Part shown: one piece after another, positions 25,829 to 37,379 of the stretch
How the letters are laid out: every line of letters begins with the position of its first letter
How positions within the stretch are numbered: the first letter of the stretch is position 1
Origin: Octopus bimaculoides
Lineage: Eukaryota
Direction of reading: 5' to 3'
Length of the DNA: 55,857 nt
Assembly: GCF_001194135.2 (NCBI RefSeq)
Contig: NC_068984.1
Coordinates: 33,504,871 to 33,560,727 of the forward strand
The notes under the pieces: model-generated
What the model was told of the DNA's origin: nothing
What the model saw: the letters and a program-made list of their open reading frames with translations, nothing else
Databases searched by the model: none
Translations under genes and position numbers: made by a program

Positions 25829-26354
25829 CATGCACACACATGTGTGTATAATTATACAAATATAAGTGTACATATACACATTATTATGTATGTAAGTCCT
25901 GGGGAAGCTTTTAAACTGTATCCAGTCGTAGACCACAAGTACTAGAGCTTCTAACTTTACACTCTGTAGTAGCATCTCTCAGGGTCCGAGGTATGAGTTA
26001 ATTACCATATTAGGGCTAGCCTACCTATGCATGTCAGAACAGAGTAGGGCGGTTCATTGGAAGTGGCTTTCACGATCTAATGGCGGGAAGCTGGATACAG
26101 CAACTTGTAGTGGAGTACACAGAGCAAGAGGAAACATGACATCCTGTTCATCCACTACACCCTGTTTTCGTTCCCAACCGTGTTGCTTTCACAATTATAA
26201 TGAAGATGGCCACGGCTGGGAGAGTGAAGTTGACTGTTCGCAAACGTCCTTCGCTATACACGAAATTACCGCACAAGTTTTCAGTCATATTCGGATCACT
26301 AGATGGTTCTTGTCGCTCTAGTGAACGAACATGATGATGATATACATGTAGAAA

Positions 26355-26419
26355 GATAGATAAAATATAGATAGATGATAGACAGATTGACAGACAGACA
26401 AATAGACAGACAGACAGAC

Positions 26420-26470
<51 letters not shown>

Positions 26471-26500
26471 GGGAGAGATAAAACATGGATAGACAGATAG
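26355..26500. repeat. (GATA)n/(GACA)n tetranucleotide tract
   Basis: Directly visible. Confidence 0.95.
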
Positions 26501-27335
26501 AAAAGAGGGAAGGTGTATCCCTTGGTATCTTTACATTTATATCACATAGCGTAGCAGTTCAATGAATTAGAAACTCTTTAATAGGTAGCAGTTTTGAAAA
26601 TAAGTACTGATATCGATATGATGACCTATGCATTCGAAACTAATACCCCAGCATTGATGTAGCCGAATGGTTGAAATCAGCAAAATAATAACTTAATAAA
26701 GCGAAATTACAATTTTTTTTTTTTTTTTGTAATTTCGAAACTAATTCTTTGAAAACCTTTAGAATATTTAAAAGTAAAGTTGCACTATAGAAAAACCTAC
26801 ATACAAACAGTACACAACATGATGCTATTGATAGTGAATTTACAGAAACACATACACACAAACACACTCACACTCACACACACGCACACACACACAAAGA
26901 TATATGTATGTGTGTATAAATTGTAATATAAAGTTTAAAACATAACTATGTTCATTTGCAATTTCTGATGCTGTAGCTTATATGTTATGCATATCTATTC
27001 TAATGTTATAAAAAGTTGTTTATATGAACCTTCTTTTCATGTTAAATAAGAATTACTTATAATACAACACAATCAAAAATCTGAGAATTGTTTTTATTCA
27101 TTTTTGCCTTATTTGGAAATATATTTTGTAAGAAATATTTGTACCTCATGTCGATAATATCAATGAATGCGCCTGGAATATTTTACCTTTTTAAGAAGAA
27201 AATAGATTTGTATTCTTTTACTGAAATTTACGTTACAAAAGTATGTTAATGAAACAATAACATGCTTTTATAAAAAAATGTGTTGGTATTGTCTTTTAAC
27301 AAAGGAACACGAACATATATAAATCATCTTCTCTC

Positions 27336-27386
<51 letters not shown>

Positions 27387-27757
27387 ATCAATACATACAC
27401 ACCCACACACATTGGTGTATGTGTACTTGTACTATAGAGAAAAGAGTAATAGTAAGATAGAAAGAGAGAGAGAGCAGGAACGCTAGAGAAGATTCTTGAA
27501 AAATTCACGTTATAAACATTATGTGTGCATTTAAAAAAAATAACTGTTGATGCTTACATACAATTGAAATTATATAGAACTGAAAGGTGAACAGATATTT
27601 ACATTCAAACAAATTTGAATTGTGTACAGGAAAACAAAACAGAAAATTTCGAAACTCGAACACACGTTCCCTTGCAGGTGCCACTTTTTGATTATAATTG
27701 TGTTGCTTGTTCTCGGCATATTAATCTTTACGCATGAACATTGTGTTTATTCCATAG

Positions 27758-27821
27758 ATTTCATGAGATCATATTTACCGAAGCAGAATACTGTGCTAGT
27801 ATTCCAGTTTCGGAAAAGTTT
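27758..27821 (+). CDS. Candidate 64-nt exon
   Basis: Acceptor ttgtgtttattccatag, donor gtacgt. Two frames are open: FHEIIFTEAEYCASIPVSEKF or (D)FMRSYLPKQNTVLVFQFRKS. Confidence 0.27.
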
Positions 27822-28362
27822 GTACGTGAAATCTCATCACTATGATTTAAAGTTGAATGTCATAATACTACTTCAATCAGGCTATCAGTACAGAATCCAT
27901 TCTAACTTCCCAGTATTAAGTAGCTTAAATAATAAAATTTATTTTTAGATGCGTTCATTTGCACTTTTACTTTATTCAGAACGTTTGTGATATATATATA
28001 TATGACCTACATCATTCTTCAATACCCTCCGTTTTACACTGCAGTTCAACATAAATCATTGATAACGTTCAACTTAAATTCAGTACCGAATTCAATGCTT
28101 ATATAATGTAAACGCTATAAGACGTTCACACAGAAAACTAAGCGTATGCAGCTTCGTGGTCTCACGTGACTTGCAATAGTTAATGACGCAGCCTTTTGAC
28201 TATCACAGTATTAAGATATTCCACATGCTGAAAAAAACTTTTTAATTTTGCCTACAGGTCTTTTTGAACATATGAATGTGTGTTATATTTATATGTGCGT
28301 GCGTTTATATACATACGCACACGCAAACACACGCAGATACACACTCATATATATGCACACGG

Positions 28363-28413
<51 letters not shown>

Positions 28414-29285
28414 TATATATTTATATTTGCATATATATACATTTGCATATATACACTGTATATATATACATATATATATACATACATACGTACATACATA
28501 CATATATACATATATATAATATATNNNNNNNNNNNNNNNNNNNNNNNNNNNNNNNNNNNNNNNNNNNNNNNNNNNNNNNNNNNNNNNNNNNNNNNNNNNN
28601 NNNNNNNNNNNNNNNNNNNNNNNNNNNNNNNNNNNNNNNNNNNNNNNNNNNNNNNNNNNNNNNNNNNNNNNNNNNNNNNNNNNNNNNNNNNNNNNNNNNN
28701 NNNNNNNNNNNNNNNNNNNNNNNNNNNNNNNNNNNNNNNNNNNNNNNNNNNNNNNNNNNNNNNNNNNNNNNNNNNNNNNNNNNNNNNNNNNNNNNNNNNN
28801 NNNNNNNNNNNNNNNNNNNNNNNNNNNNNNNNNNNNNNNNNNNNNNNNNNNNNNNNNNNNNNNNNNNNNNNNNNNNNNNNNNNNNNNNNNNNNNNNNNNN
28901 NNNNNNNNNNNNNNNNNNNNNNNNNNNNNNNNNNNNNNNNNNNNNNNNNNNNNNNNNNNNNNNNNNNNNNNNNNNNNNNNNNNNNNNNNNNNNNNNNNNN
29001 NNNNNNNNNNNNNNNNNNNNNNNNNNNNNNNNNNNNNNNNNNNNNNNNNNNNNNNNNNNNNNNNNNNNNNNNNNNNNNNNNNNNNNNNNNNNNNNNNNNN
29101 NNNNNNNNNNNNNNNNNNNNNNNNNNNNNNNNNNNNNNNNNNNNNNNNNNNNNNNNNNNNNNNNNNNNNNNNNNNNNNNNNNNNNNNNNNNNNNNNNNNN
29201 NNNNNNNNNNNNNNNNNNNNNNNNNNNNNNNNNNNNNNNNNNNNNNNNNNNNNNNNNNNNNNNNNNNNNNNNNNNNNNNNNNNNN

Positions 29286-29319
<34 letters not shown>

Positions 29320-29954
29320 CGTCAAGTTAATACATCCTTTTGTTGTTTACACCACCTGTCCTCGTCTGTTGTTTTTTTTTTCGTACATTCTCCCATATAT
29401 ATATATAATAGGTGACGAATTTTTACCAACCTAATGTAGCAATCCCATTTGGGGGCGAATGCTACTTTTGTTTTTCCCCAGGAGACATCGTCTCCAGTTG
29501 GCTATACGACACACTATCTGTCCTTATATTTTCGAACAGGGGACTTTAGAAACCCCGCCCAGCACAAAGCAATAACTATATATATACATACGCACTCATA
29601 TACATATATATATACTATATAAATTACAGATGTGTGTGTGTGTGTGTGTGTGCGCGTGTGTGTGTAATTCTATATGTGTATAAATATGTTTTTATGTGCA
29701 TATAATATCTATGTGAGTATGTGTGTATATGTATCTACGTAGTCTCGCAGGACTTGCCCAACCTCGTAAACTCCTACCAAACTTAGGGAAAATTTGAAAG
29801 GAAAAGTCGAAACCCCTATGCTCGGTGTTTAGGCGTTGTTAGTTTGCTCTTAGTTGTTGGCAACCAAGGGCGTAAGCTCTCTTACCACGACAAGGTCACG
29901 CCAACAAGAGAGATTGACTGGGGTTTCGGCTGATTTGGGGGCCAGATGATAATG

Positions 29955-30120
29955 AACATGCGGAAGTGTTGGGATTAGGGGAGAGGGGGTAAAAATGAGC
30001 GCATTAATGTTGCGGGGAGGGAAAGGGCTAGACATAAAGGGATTAGGTGTGGGCAGGGGAGAAAGAAAGTGATTCGAATGAGCAGGGGAGGGGCGTGGTA
30101 GAGAGGAGGAAACGGATGAG
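29955..30120. promoter_or_regulatory. G-rich purine island with G-quadruplex-type runs, a GC box and an AP-1-like site
   Basis: Multiple GGG(G) runs (e.g. ggggagggaaagggctagacataaaggg at about 30013-30041), gggcgtgg at about 30090, tgagtca at 30117-30123. It lies upstream of a CT tract and a candidate ATG exon. Function is inferred only. Confidence 0.3.
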
Positions 30121-30326
30121 TCAGGTTAGTGTGTTGGTTGGTGAACGTAATTAGATGCTGGTAGAGGGACTTACTCGCACGCTAGTATTCTAACCCCTTT
30201 CACCAGAATCGTCCTTTTGCTGACTTCACCTCATTTGCAATACTCAGACCATCCACACCCATGCATTTTAAACCATTCAGCTTTCTCTCTCTCTTTCTCT
30301 CTCTCTCTTTCTCCGCCATCCCTCTC

Positions 30327-30372
<46 letters not shown>

Positions 30373-30440
30373 ACTTTCTTCCCCATCTCTCTGTCTGTCT
30401 GTCTCTCTCTTTCTCAGCCTCGCCTAGGGTGATACTAAGG

Positions 30441-30490
30441 ATGAGCGATGAGGAAATGGAAATAATGAGGAAGTCAGTAAATGATCTGAA
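30441..30490 (+). CDS. Candidate coding exon or first coding exon (MSDEEMEIMRKSVNDL)
   Basis: A long CT tract and possible acceptors at 30417 and 30427, aggATGa start context, and donor AA|gtaaga at 30491. Only one frame is open. Protein not recognised. Confidence 0.55.
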
Positions 30491-31121
30491 GTAAGATTCC
30501 TTTTTGTTTTTTTGTTTGTTTTTTTTTTAATGAGATAATGGTTGAAATAAATCATCGTATTTATCCTTCGCAACAGATTTATTCTGTTTTATAAAATTTT
30601 ATTTATTTATTTTTATTTTTCGTTTTATTTTTAGAGACAAAATACATTCATAAATATATATACATTNNNNNNNNNNNNNNNNNNNNNNNNNNNNNNNNNN
30701 NNNNNNNNNNNNNNNNNNNNNNNNNNNNNNNNNNNNNNNNNNNNNNNNNNNNNNNNNNNNNNNNNNNNNNNNNNNNNNNNNNNNNNNNNNNNNNNNNNNN
30801 NNNNNNNNNNNNNNNNNNNNNNNNNNNNNNNNNNNNNNNNNNNNNNNNNNNNNNNNNNNNNNNNNNNNNNNNNNNNNNNNNNNNNNNNNNNNNNNNNNNN
30901 NNNNNNNNNNNNNNNNNNNNNNNNNNNNNNNNNNNATATATATATATATACACTGTGAAAATAATAAGGGTAGAACATTTACAAAAGTTTTCATACCGGT
31001 GGCTAGCATGCGTACTAAATTCGATAGACAACATATTTTCATACATAATAGTGTACAAAGGATTAAGTATTTATACACGAAAGAGGTGATCTTTGACAGG
31101 ACTACCCTACATGATGAAAAA

Positions 31122-31375
31122 GGGCAGTCAAAACCCAAAGCACGAATAATAGCAATTTGAAAGAGAATAAAAATTGTTTTATATTTTTATTGTTAACCCC
31201 AAACTAGAGATTCTGTATTAATGAGCAAATAAATTTATTTATGATGACGTACAGAAGACAAATTAATTTATTTACTCATTAATACAGAAATTCCAGTTTG
31301 GGTTAACTGTAATGTTATTTTTTCTTTCATTCTCTTTGAATTTGCTGTTATTAGCGCTTTGGGTTTTGACTGCCC
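31122..31375. mobile_element. MITE with about 120-bp TIRs beginning GGGCAGTC
   Basis: gggcagtcaaaacccaaagc...ttctgtattaatgag(c/t)aaataaatt matches on both arms. GGGC termini would fit PIF/Harbinger (inference); TSD unclear. Confidence 0.88.
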
Positions 31376-31377
31376 AA

Positions 31378-31479
31378 AGTATTTATACACGAAAGGAATG
31401 ACCTTTGACAGGACACCTTACATGGTAAAGACAATGTAAGTTGTCCTGTCAAAGGTCACCTCTTTCGTGTATAAATACT
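31378..31479. mobile_element. Small hairpin/MITE with 38-bp arms; orphan arm copy at 31066-31103
   Basis: agtatttatacacgaaag..tgacctttgacaggaca at 31378-31415 is reverse-complemented at 31442-31479 and repeated directly at 31066-31103. Confidence 0.85.
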
Positions 31480-31507
31480 CTATTGTCTGTACACTATCAC
31501 ATATATA

Positions 31508-32158
31508 TAAATGTGACTAGGGTGTTAGGAGACACCTACATTCCTAGAAATAAGAGCTACACCGCTCTAATGCTGTAGTTAGCGTACGTGAATGAAAACA
31601 TATACACGAACAGATACCATAATCGTCCGAAAAGTATCCATTTAGAATTCTCAATACTGACGTTAGTTTCGGCAATATCCGTTGCCTCATCAATTAAGAC
31701 TGCTCGATTGTTCGGCTCTTTACGGACTCGCATCGCCATTAGTATTTATATTTCGTCTTCCAAATTATTGGATGATGTAGCGACTCGCTAATGTGTATAT
31801 ATATATAGATATTATAAGCATCAGTTCGTAATTTTCCACGAAAACGGAGAATTATAATTCTCACAAATGTGACAATTAGCGAATCGCTAAATTATCCAAT
31901 AACTTGGATAACAGAAACATGAATCCTAGTGTCGAAGGGAGTCCAGAAAGAGCCGAACAATCGAGCTGTCTTAACTCGTGAAGCAATGGAAATTGCCAAA
32001 ACTGACGTAAGTAATGAGATTTCTCGATCGGCACTTTTCGGACGATCATGTTCCCTGTTATATATGTTTTAACTAATGGGCGTTAACTACAGCATTAAAA
32101 AGTGTTTAGCTCTTATTTCTAGCAATGTTGGTGTCTCTAAACACCCTAGTCGCATTTA
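31508..32158. mobile_element. Large fold-back MITE (about 280-bp diverged TIRs, TA-flanked)
   Basis: Termini taaatg(t/c)gactagggtgtt..gagacacc.acatt.ctagaaataagagc on both ends. Internal matches include atcgtccgaaaagt and gctcgattgttcggctcttt. Confidence 0.88.
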
Positions 32159-32240
32159 GTCACAATTATAATTCTAGTTTCTTTACAATATATTGCATTC
32201 TTGGGCAGACTCTGGCTAACACTCTGGCGACAAGTTGTTT

Positions 32241-32475
32241 GCGAGTGAGGATGAGCAAACTAGCTCGAAGCCGAATCGGTCTGGTGACACTGTCGTCTGT
32301 TCGAGGATGGTAGTGTTTAGTTCCCCTGCTGGCAGTATATATTACTGGGTGCAGTGCTGCACCGAGATAACTCGTTGGCGGAAGATCTACGCGAGGTAAA
32401 ACTAGAAGTAACATGGAATAGCCACATTGATGTGGTTATTAACTTTACTTGTTAGTATAGTAACTACACTCATCA
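32241..32475 (+). repeat. Dispersed repeat with degenerate hammerhead-like head (copy 1)
   Basis: gagtgaggatgagcaaactagctcgaagccgaatcggtc..tcgtctg..gagga..tgttt.g.tcccctgct.gca.tata..a.agccacattgat.tgg aligns with 35471-35645. Confidence 0.6.
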
Positions 32476-33196
32476 TCTACTATTGCTACAACAACAACAA
32501 CTAATACTACTACTACAACTACTACTACTACTACTACTACACATATGTGTATGTATGGATGGATTGATATATATACACATATGTGTGTGCGTATATGCGT
32601 GCGCGTGTGCTCAAAAAAATCACGCTTAAATCGAGGATAAAAGCATTTCCTTCACTGGAACATGACATATTCCATAGTATAATTGTTCAAAGTTTACTGT
32701 AGACAGAAATGCAGAGACGCAGTTATTTTTGCGATTAAATGCTTGACTAAATACTTATTAACATATCGATTTATACTTTAATCATTCTATATTCCGTGAA
32801 AATTAAATTAGAGTAATATAGTTTAAAAATTCAATCGACATCATTTTCCTGATAAGCAAATTCTTTACAAAAGAATTGTTCCTCTCCCGCTTCCTTCCCT
32901 TAACTTTATCATCTAGATTTTCATTTCTTAGTTTTACTTTTACTCCTCTTTTTCTAGTAAACTATGTTATGATTAACCTTTTGTTTTGATTATGTTATGG
33001 GAGTATGCCTTCTAAATTTATATTTTTCAATACTATCTTACACAAAATATATATCTTAAGCGTGTACTATTTCTCTGTGAGATAAATAAATATTTTTTTA
33101 TGTATACTAGTAGGATGCCGGCAATTGATTCCCTACGCTTCCGGTTATTGGACATTTAAAAACATTAATATTTTATCCTTGGTCAGGGTTCATGGA

Positions 33197-33320
33197 GTAG
33201 TGGTCAGGGTGTGGCATTCACGATCGCGATTTTGTGGAATCAATTTTTTGGACCTGATAGTGCATTGTGCTCTAGAGCAAAAAATTCCATCCAGCGTTGT
33301 TCTGCAATCACTTTGATGGC
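33197..33320 (+). mobile_element. Decayed tRNA-derived SINE head
   Basis: catggagtagtggtcagggtgtggcattcacgatcgcg (A-box-like) followed by gcattgtgctctagagcaaaa..cgttgttctgcaatcac. Confidence 0.45.
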
Positions 33321-33635
33321 TGGCGTGCGGTACACAGTGCGCCCGCTCAATCGACGAAGGTCTGATGTAATAAAAATTCAGCTCAAATATGTTATCACTA
33401 TAACTACATCACTTGTGCAGGTTGTTTACCAAGAAATTGTAAAATTGTCTTTGCCAGACTACGAGAAACTATCACGATTATTATTTTAGGTCTTTAAATA
33501 GGAACTTTGCAAGACCCGGTTATATACTTCATTAAATGTAACGGCAATTATATCCGTAATATTTTTCTTCTTTCAAAGGTATAATTTCGCATCCTATTTC
33601 CCTTTGTTAAAATGTTTCGCCGTCTGTTTTCCTAG

Positions 33636-33744
33636 AGCTACAATCTCAAGAGAACAAAGTAGGGGATTCGCACAAGTATCTATTCATGCAAAGATCTATC
33701 CACTTGGATCTCGTCCACAAGATTTGTCCCTCCTATTTATTAAT
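33636..33744 (+). CDS. Candidate 109-nt exon, phase-compatible with 30441-30490
   Basis: Acceptor ttcgccgtctgttttcctag, donor AAT|gtatgt. The join gives MSDEEMEIMRKSVNDL-K-ATISREQSRGFAQVSIHAKIYPLGSRPQDLSLLFIN. A second frame is also open, and earlier donors are possible. Confidence 0.4.
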
Positions 33745-34308
33745 GTATGTTCAATGTGTGAATTCTACTCCTGTTAATGATCTCCAAATATTTACAATTT
33801 TTTAAGCTAAATTAAAAGTTATGGGTCTAAAACAATTATTGATTACAGATTTACGTCTGTTACTGAACATAAACATTTATGCCATGGCAGTAGCTTTAAT
33901 TAAAAGTTATGGCTGGTTCGATAAAATGTATATCGAATTTCAATCAACGATAGCAACTGTAATATCGCTCATGTATAAGAATAATAAACTTATACTCTAC
34001 AAAATATAGAGTAGCTCATCAAATTCACGTAAAACTTTTTTTAATTATAACTAAAAAAAAACAAATATTAACACACACACATACAAACGAACAATATGCA
34101 TAGATACATATCTATATCGCTAAATCCAGAAGTTTTTTTTTTATTCTCCATCAAGTTTATTTTCTCTTATTTCTTTAAGCTCGAGGTGCATCATACTTTC
34201 TCACTTTCCCGAGCGTCAAACTAATACACATGCTTGTTGGTGTTGGTCATACATCTGTCTTCGTCATTTCTTTATCATCAAATTTCAACTATGAATATAT
34301 ATATATAT

Positions 34309-34572
34309 ATAAAGTAGTTGTATACTGCCAACTTAACGTGACAGTCCCAATAAGGGAATATACTACTGTTATTTAGCCCTAGGAAGCTGGACCGCTTCCT
34401 GTTGGCCTTGACTAAGCTGGGTGGAGGAGTTTGTCTCCCCCTTGCAAAGATAAGGACACAGGAAATGTGTCAAGGCCAACAGGAAGCGGTCCAGCTTCTT
34501 AGGGCTAAATAGCAGTAGTATATTCCCTTATTGGGACTGTCACGTTAAGTTGGGAGTATACAACTACTTTAT
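34309..34572. mobile_element. Young MITE, 104-bp near-perfect TIRs, TA-flanked
   Basis: Arms 34309-34412 and 34469-34572 differ at 3 positions by my alignment; 56-bp spacer. Confidence 0.95.
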
Positions 34573-34625
34573 CACATCACTACTGCTTAAGTCTCTCTGA
34601 GAGATTTACAAATTTATCATTTCTA

Positions 34626-34663
<38 letters not shown>

Positions 34664-34696
34664 CTGTGTGTGTATATGTATATATATATATATATA

Positions 34697-34960
34697 TACG
34701 TGGTCTGATCAGTAAGTATCCGGACTGTTGCTATAGTACGCTGCTTGGCATAGATTCACCTTGCATTCTCCTGTGCATGCGCACTAAATTTTAGCAGTCT
34801 AGCTCACTTCCGCTTTACGGAACGGCTTTGAATTAACGTGTTTAACGTGTGATTGTCGCATTGACCATGACGGAGTAAGTTGAGAGGAGAACCTGCATCA
34901 TATTTCGTCAAAAGCTTGGCGATACCTGCTCAGAAGCCTACACAAATGTTTCAAAATGTT
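34697..34960 (+). mobile_element. Mariner transposon 5' fragment (TIR and transposase start)
   Basis: TA|cgtggtctgatcagtaagtatccggact terminus. From 34867 it reads MTE*VERRTCIIFRQKLGDTCSEAYT, resembling the mariner N-terminal EQR.CIKFC.KLG motif. Confidence 0.8.
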
Positions 34961-35447
34961 TTCATCATTCTCGATGCAATGAAGTAGATCTTGTGCAACT
35001 GAAACCCGACTCTCCTTATGGTCTGCTGAAAGCAGTTTGGCACAAACTTGGCACACACGTGTCTCATACCCAAATCTTCAGTGATAATGGATTGAACTGA
35101 ACCGTATCTAATCTGCACATCCTCTGATAATTTACAGATAATTTACGATTTCCCCTTAGAGCTGCACGCACATCTGCGATGTTTTACTCAATTCTGCTAG
35201 TTGCAGGTCTCCAAGAATGTTCTTCACTATCTACGTTTTTTTTCGGTCATCTTAGAAACATCTGAACCGCTCGTATAATTGTGTGTGACTCGTACACTTC
35301 CCTCCATACACTTTCTGCAACTTTGCGTAAGTCTCTGAGCAGCTATCACCATGATAACTTTTTTCTGTCATCGTCAGTGCGACGATCACACGTTACACAC
35401 GTTATTTCGAAGCACTGCTGTAATTAGGAGAAGTGAGCTAGAACGTT
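34960..35447 (-). mobile_element. Mariner transposase N-terminal fragment, opposite orientation
   Basis: GDSCSETYAKLQKVYGGKCTSHTQLYERFRCF...LSEDVQIRYGSVQSIITEDLGMRHVCAKFVPKLLSADHKESRVSVAQDLLHCIENDE (HTH region and WVPxxL-equivalent FVPKLL). Its 5' leader is homologous to 34795-34880. Confidence 0.88.
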
Positions 35448-35470
35448 ACTATTTCTAGGAGTCGGCTGTT

Positions 35471-35645
35471 CACGACTGAAGATGGACACAAGTAGCCTGA
35501 AACCGTTCGGATTCATGATCCCTTCGTCTGCTGGAGGACTTTAATGTTTCGCTCCCCTGCTTGCAATATAAACGGCAGTAACGTCGAACAGCCACATTGA
35601 TATGGCGATGAATATTACTTCCTCGTATAGTTACTACTCCCATCT
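35471..35645 (+). repeat. Dispersed repeat with degenerate hammerhead-like head (copy 2)
   Basis: cgaCTGAAGAtggacacaagtagcctGAAACcgttcgg, followed by sequence homologous to 32281-32475. Confidence 0.6.
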
Positions 35646-35749
35646 CTTATTGAGATTTTTCGGACCAGCTTCTTTGCTTATTGCAGACTGATGATCGCTT
35701 ATTTTTCTGCATATTGCGAGCTGAAGCGAATCCCTAATATTTCTAGCAG

Positions 35750-36020
35750 AAAGAACCCTTTCGTATATACATGTGTGGGTGTGTGTTTTATCGACGTGTA
35801 TTTGCTTTTGTCCCCACCACTACCGCCTGACACTACCTGTTGGTGTGTTTACGTCCCTGTTACATAGCGGTTTTGCAAAATGTCCGATACAATAATTACT
35901 AGGCTTTAAACATATGAGGATAATATCTGGGATTACTTCAATTTCTTCGACAAAAAGCCTTACAGGCTGTTCCCTAGCATAGCCGCAGTTAAATCACTGA
36001 AACACGTTACAGATAAAAGA
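35750..36020 (+). mobile_element. SINE family C, 5'-truncated, with short internal (TG) tract
   Basis: gaaagaaccctttcgtatata-(TG)-...gttggtgtgtttacgtccctgttacatagcggtt...cctagcatagccgcagttaaatcactgaaaca..taaaaga; homologous to 49695-50075. Confidence 0.8.
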
Positions 36021-36260
36021 CTATAAAAGATCTCCGATCTACAGCCAACTCACGTTACAGGATTATTGTACTCTTCCAGAAATTATAAAGAATGAACCCC
36101 AACTTTTGGATCCGGGCTGTAATTTTAGTCTTAGAAAATTCGGAAACCAAATTAAGAATCTAAAAACCACAATGTCATCTTAAGTAGAAGGCGGTTTCTT
36201 TCTGTTTTAGCTAAGATCAAAGTAGTTCACAAGTACATAACATGAAAATGTATAACCACT

Positions 36261-36312
<52 letters not shown>

Positions 36313-37379
36313 ACACACACACACACACATTGTCAGCAGGATCACGCTTTCATTCAGCAAGTGTAAATGCAATGAATAATGTATGTCAAGTTTCCCAAGT
36401 CAATGTGCACTGTCTGTAACTGTAAATAAATTGTAAAGTTGTTATATGAAAGAATTTTTTCAAGTGAATTCGAGCATAGAAATCTCGATGGACTGAAGTG
36501 AAACGAAACACAGAACATAGATCCTTGATTCAACAATTCTCTTGAAAAATGTCCACGCCGCTCATAGTTGTGGTTGTTGCATTGTTGTTGTTATTGTATG
36601 TCATAGTTGCACTTAAATTTTCTATGTAAAATCGTTGATGTGGTAAAGGTTAGGTTTCTTTTCTCTCTGAAGCTAAGTTTCATGCATTACTATTATTATA
36701 TATACGTATTGTTCGTTCTACATATCTGTAGAGACGAGTATGTTGCCCTCTGCAATCGCAAACGAGAATAAATGTAGATTACTGTTTTGTTTAAATTTTC
36801 AAAAAAGGCAATATCGTACAGGAATGTAGACTTGCTTGATAAAAGGTGAGCTCATGTATTTGTCTATCAAAATATACTGAAAGCAGTTGATATTAATCAC
36901 GTTTATTACAAATTGAGTTGTTCATGGGTTAAGGAATGTTTCATTGGAGTCGGTATGATCGACTGTATCCCTCTCATAAAATTTCAGACCTTGTGCCTAT
37001 TCTAGAAAGGATTATTCATGTTCGTTATAGTTGTTTATAATCCTCAGTGTGTATCAATTCGAGTTAGAGGTAGTGTGTTTACTCTGTGCTTGTACTAATG
37101 AAAAAAAGATATAATCGCAAATTGAAAGTCCTTATGGAAATTAAACTGACTGAAAGGAAACTACATGTACTTAGATAAACGAATGGTTACGCTGAAAATT
37201 GTTGCTTTGGATTTCTACTTTGCTGATATGTTGTTTAAAGGTTATGCTGTATTCTCATAGTTTATGTTGTATTCTTATGATGTATTTGATAGAAGTATAT
37301 TATTCCATCACGTGACTGTTTCGTATGAATTTCATATTTGTATATAGAAATTTTCCTCGAAGTACATACTTGTGTTTCC

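Noticed and set aside
25900-26340. GC-richer segment with open frames ending in (ATG)n, possibly RTE- or LTR-derived
   Set aside because: No diagnostic motif in any frame I translated.
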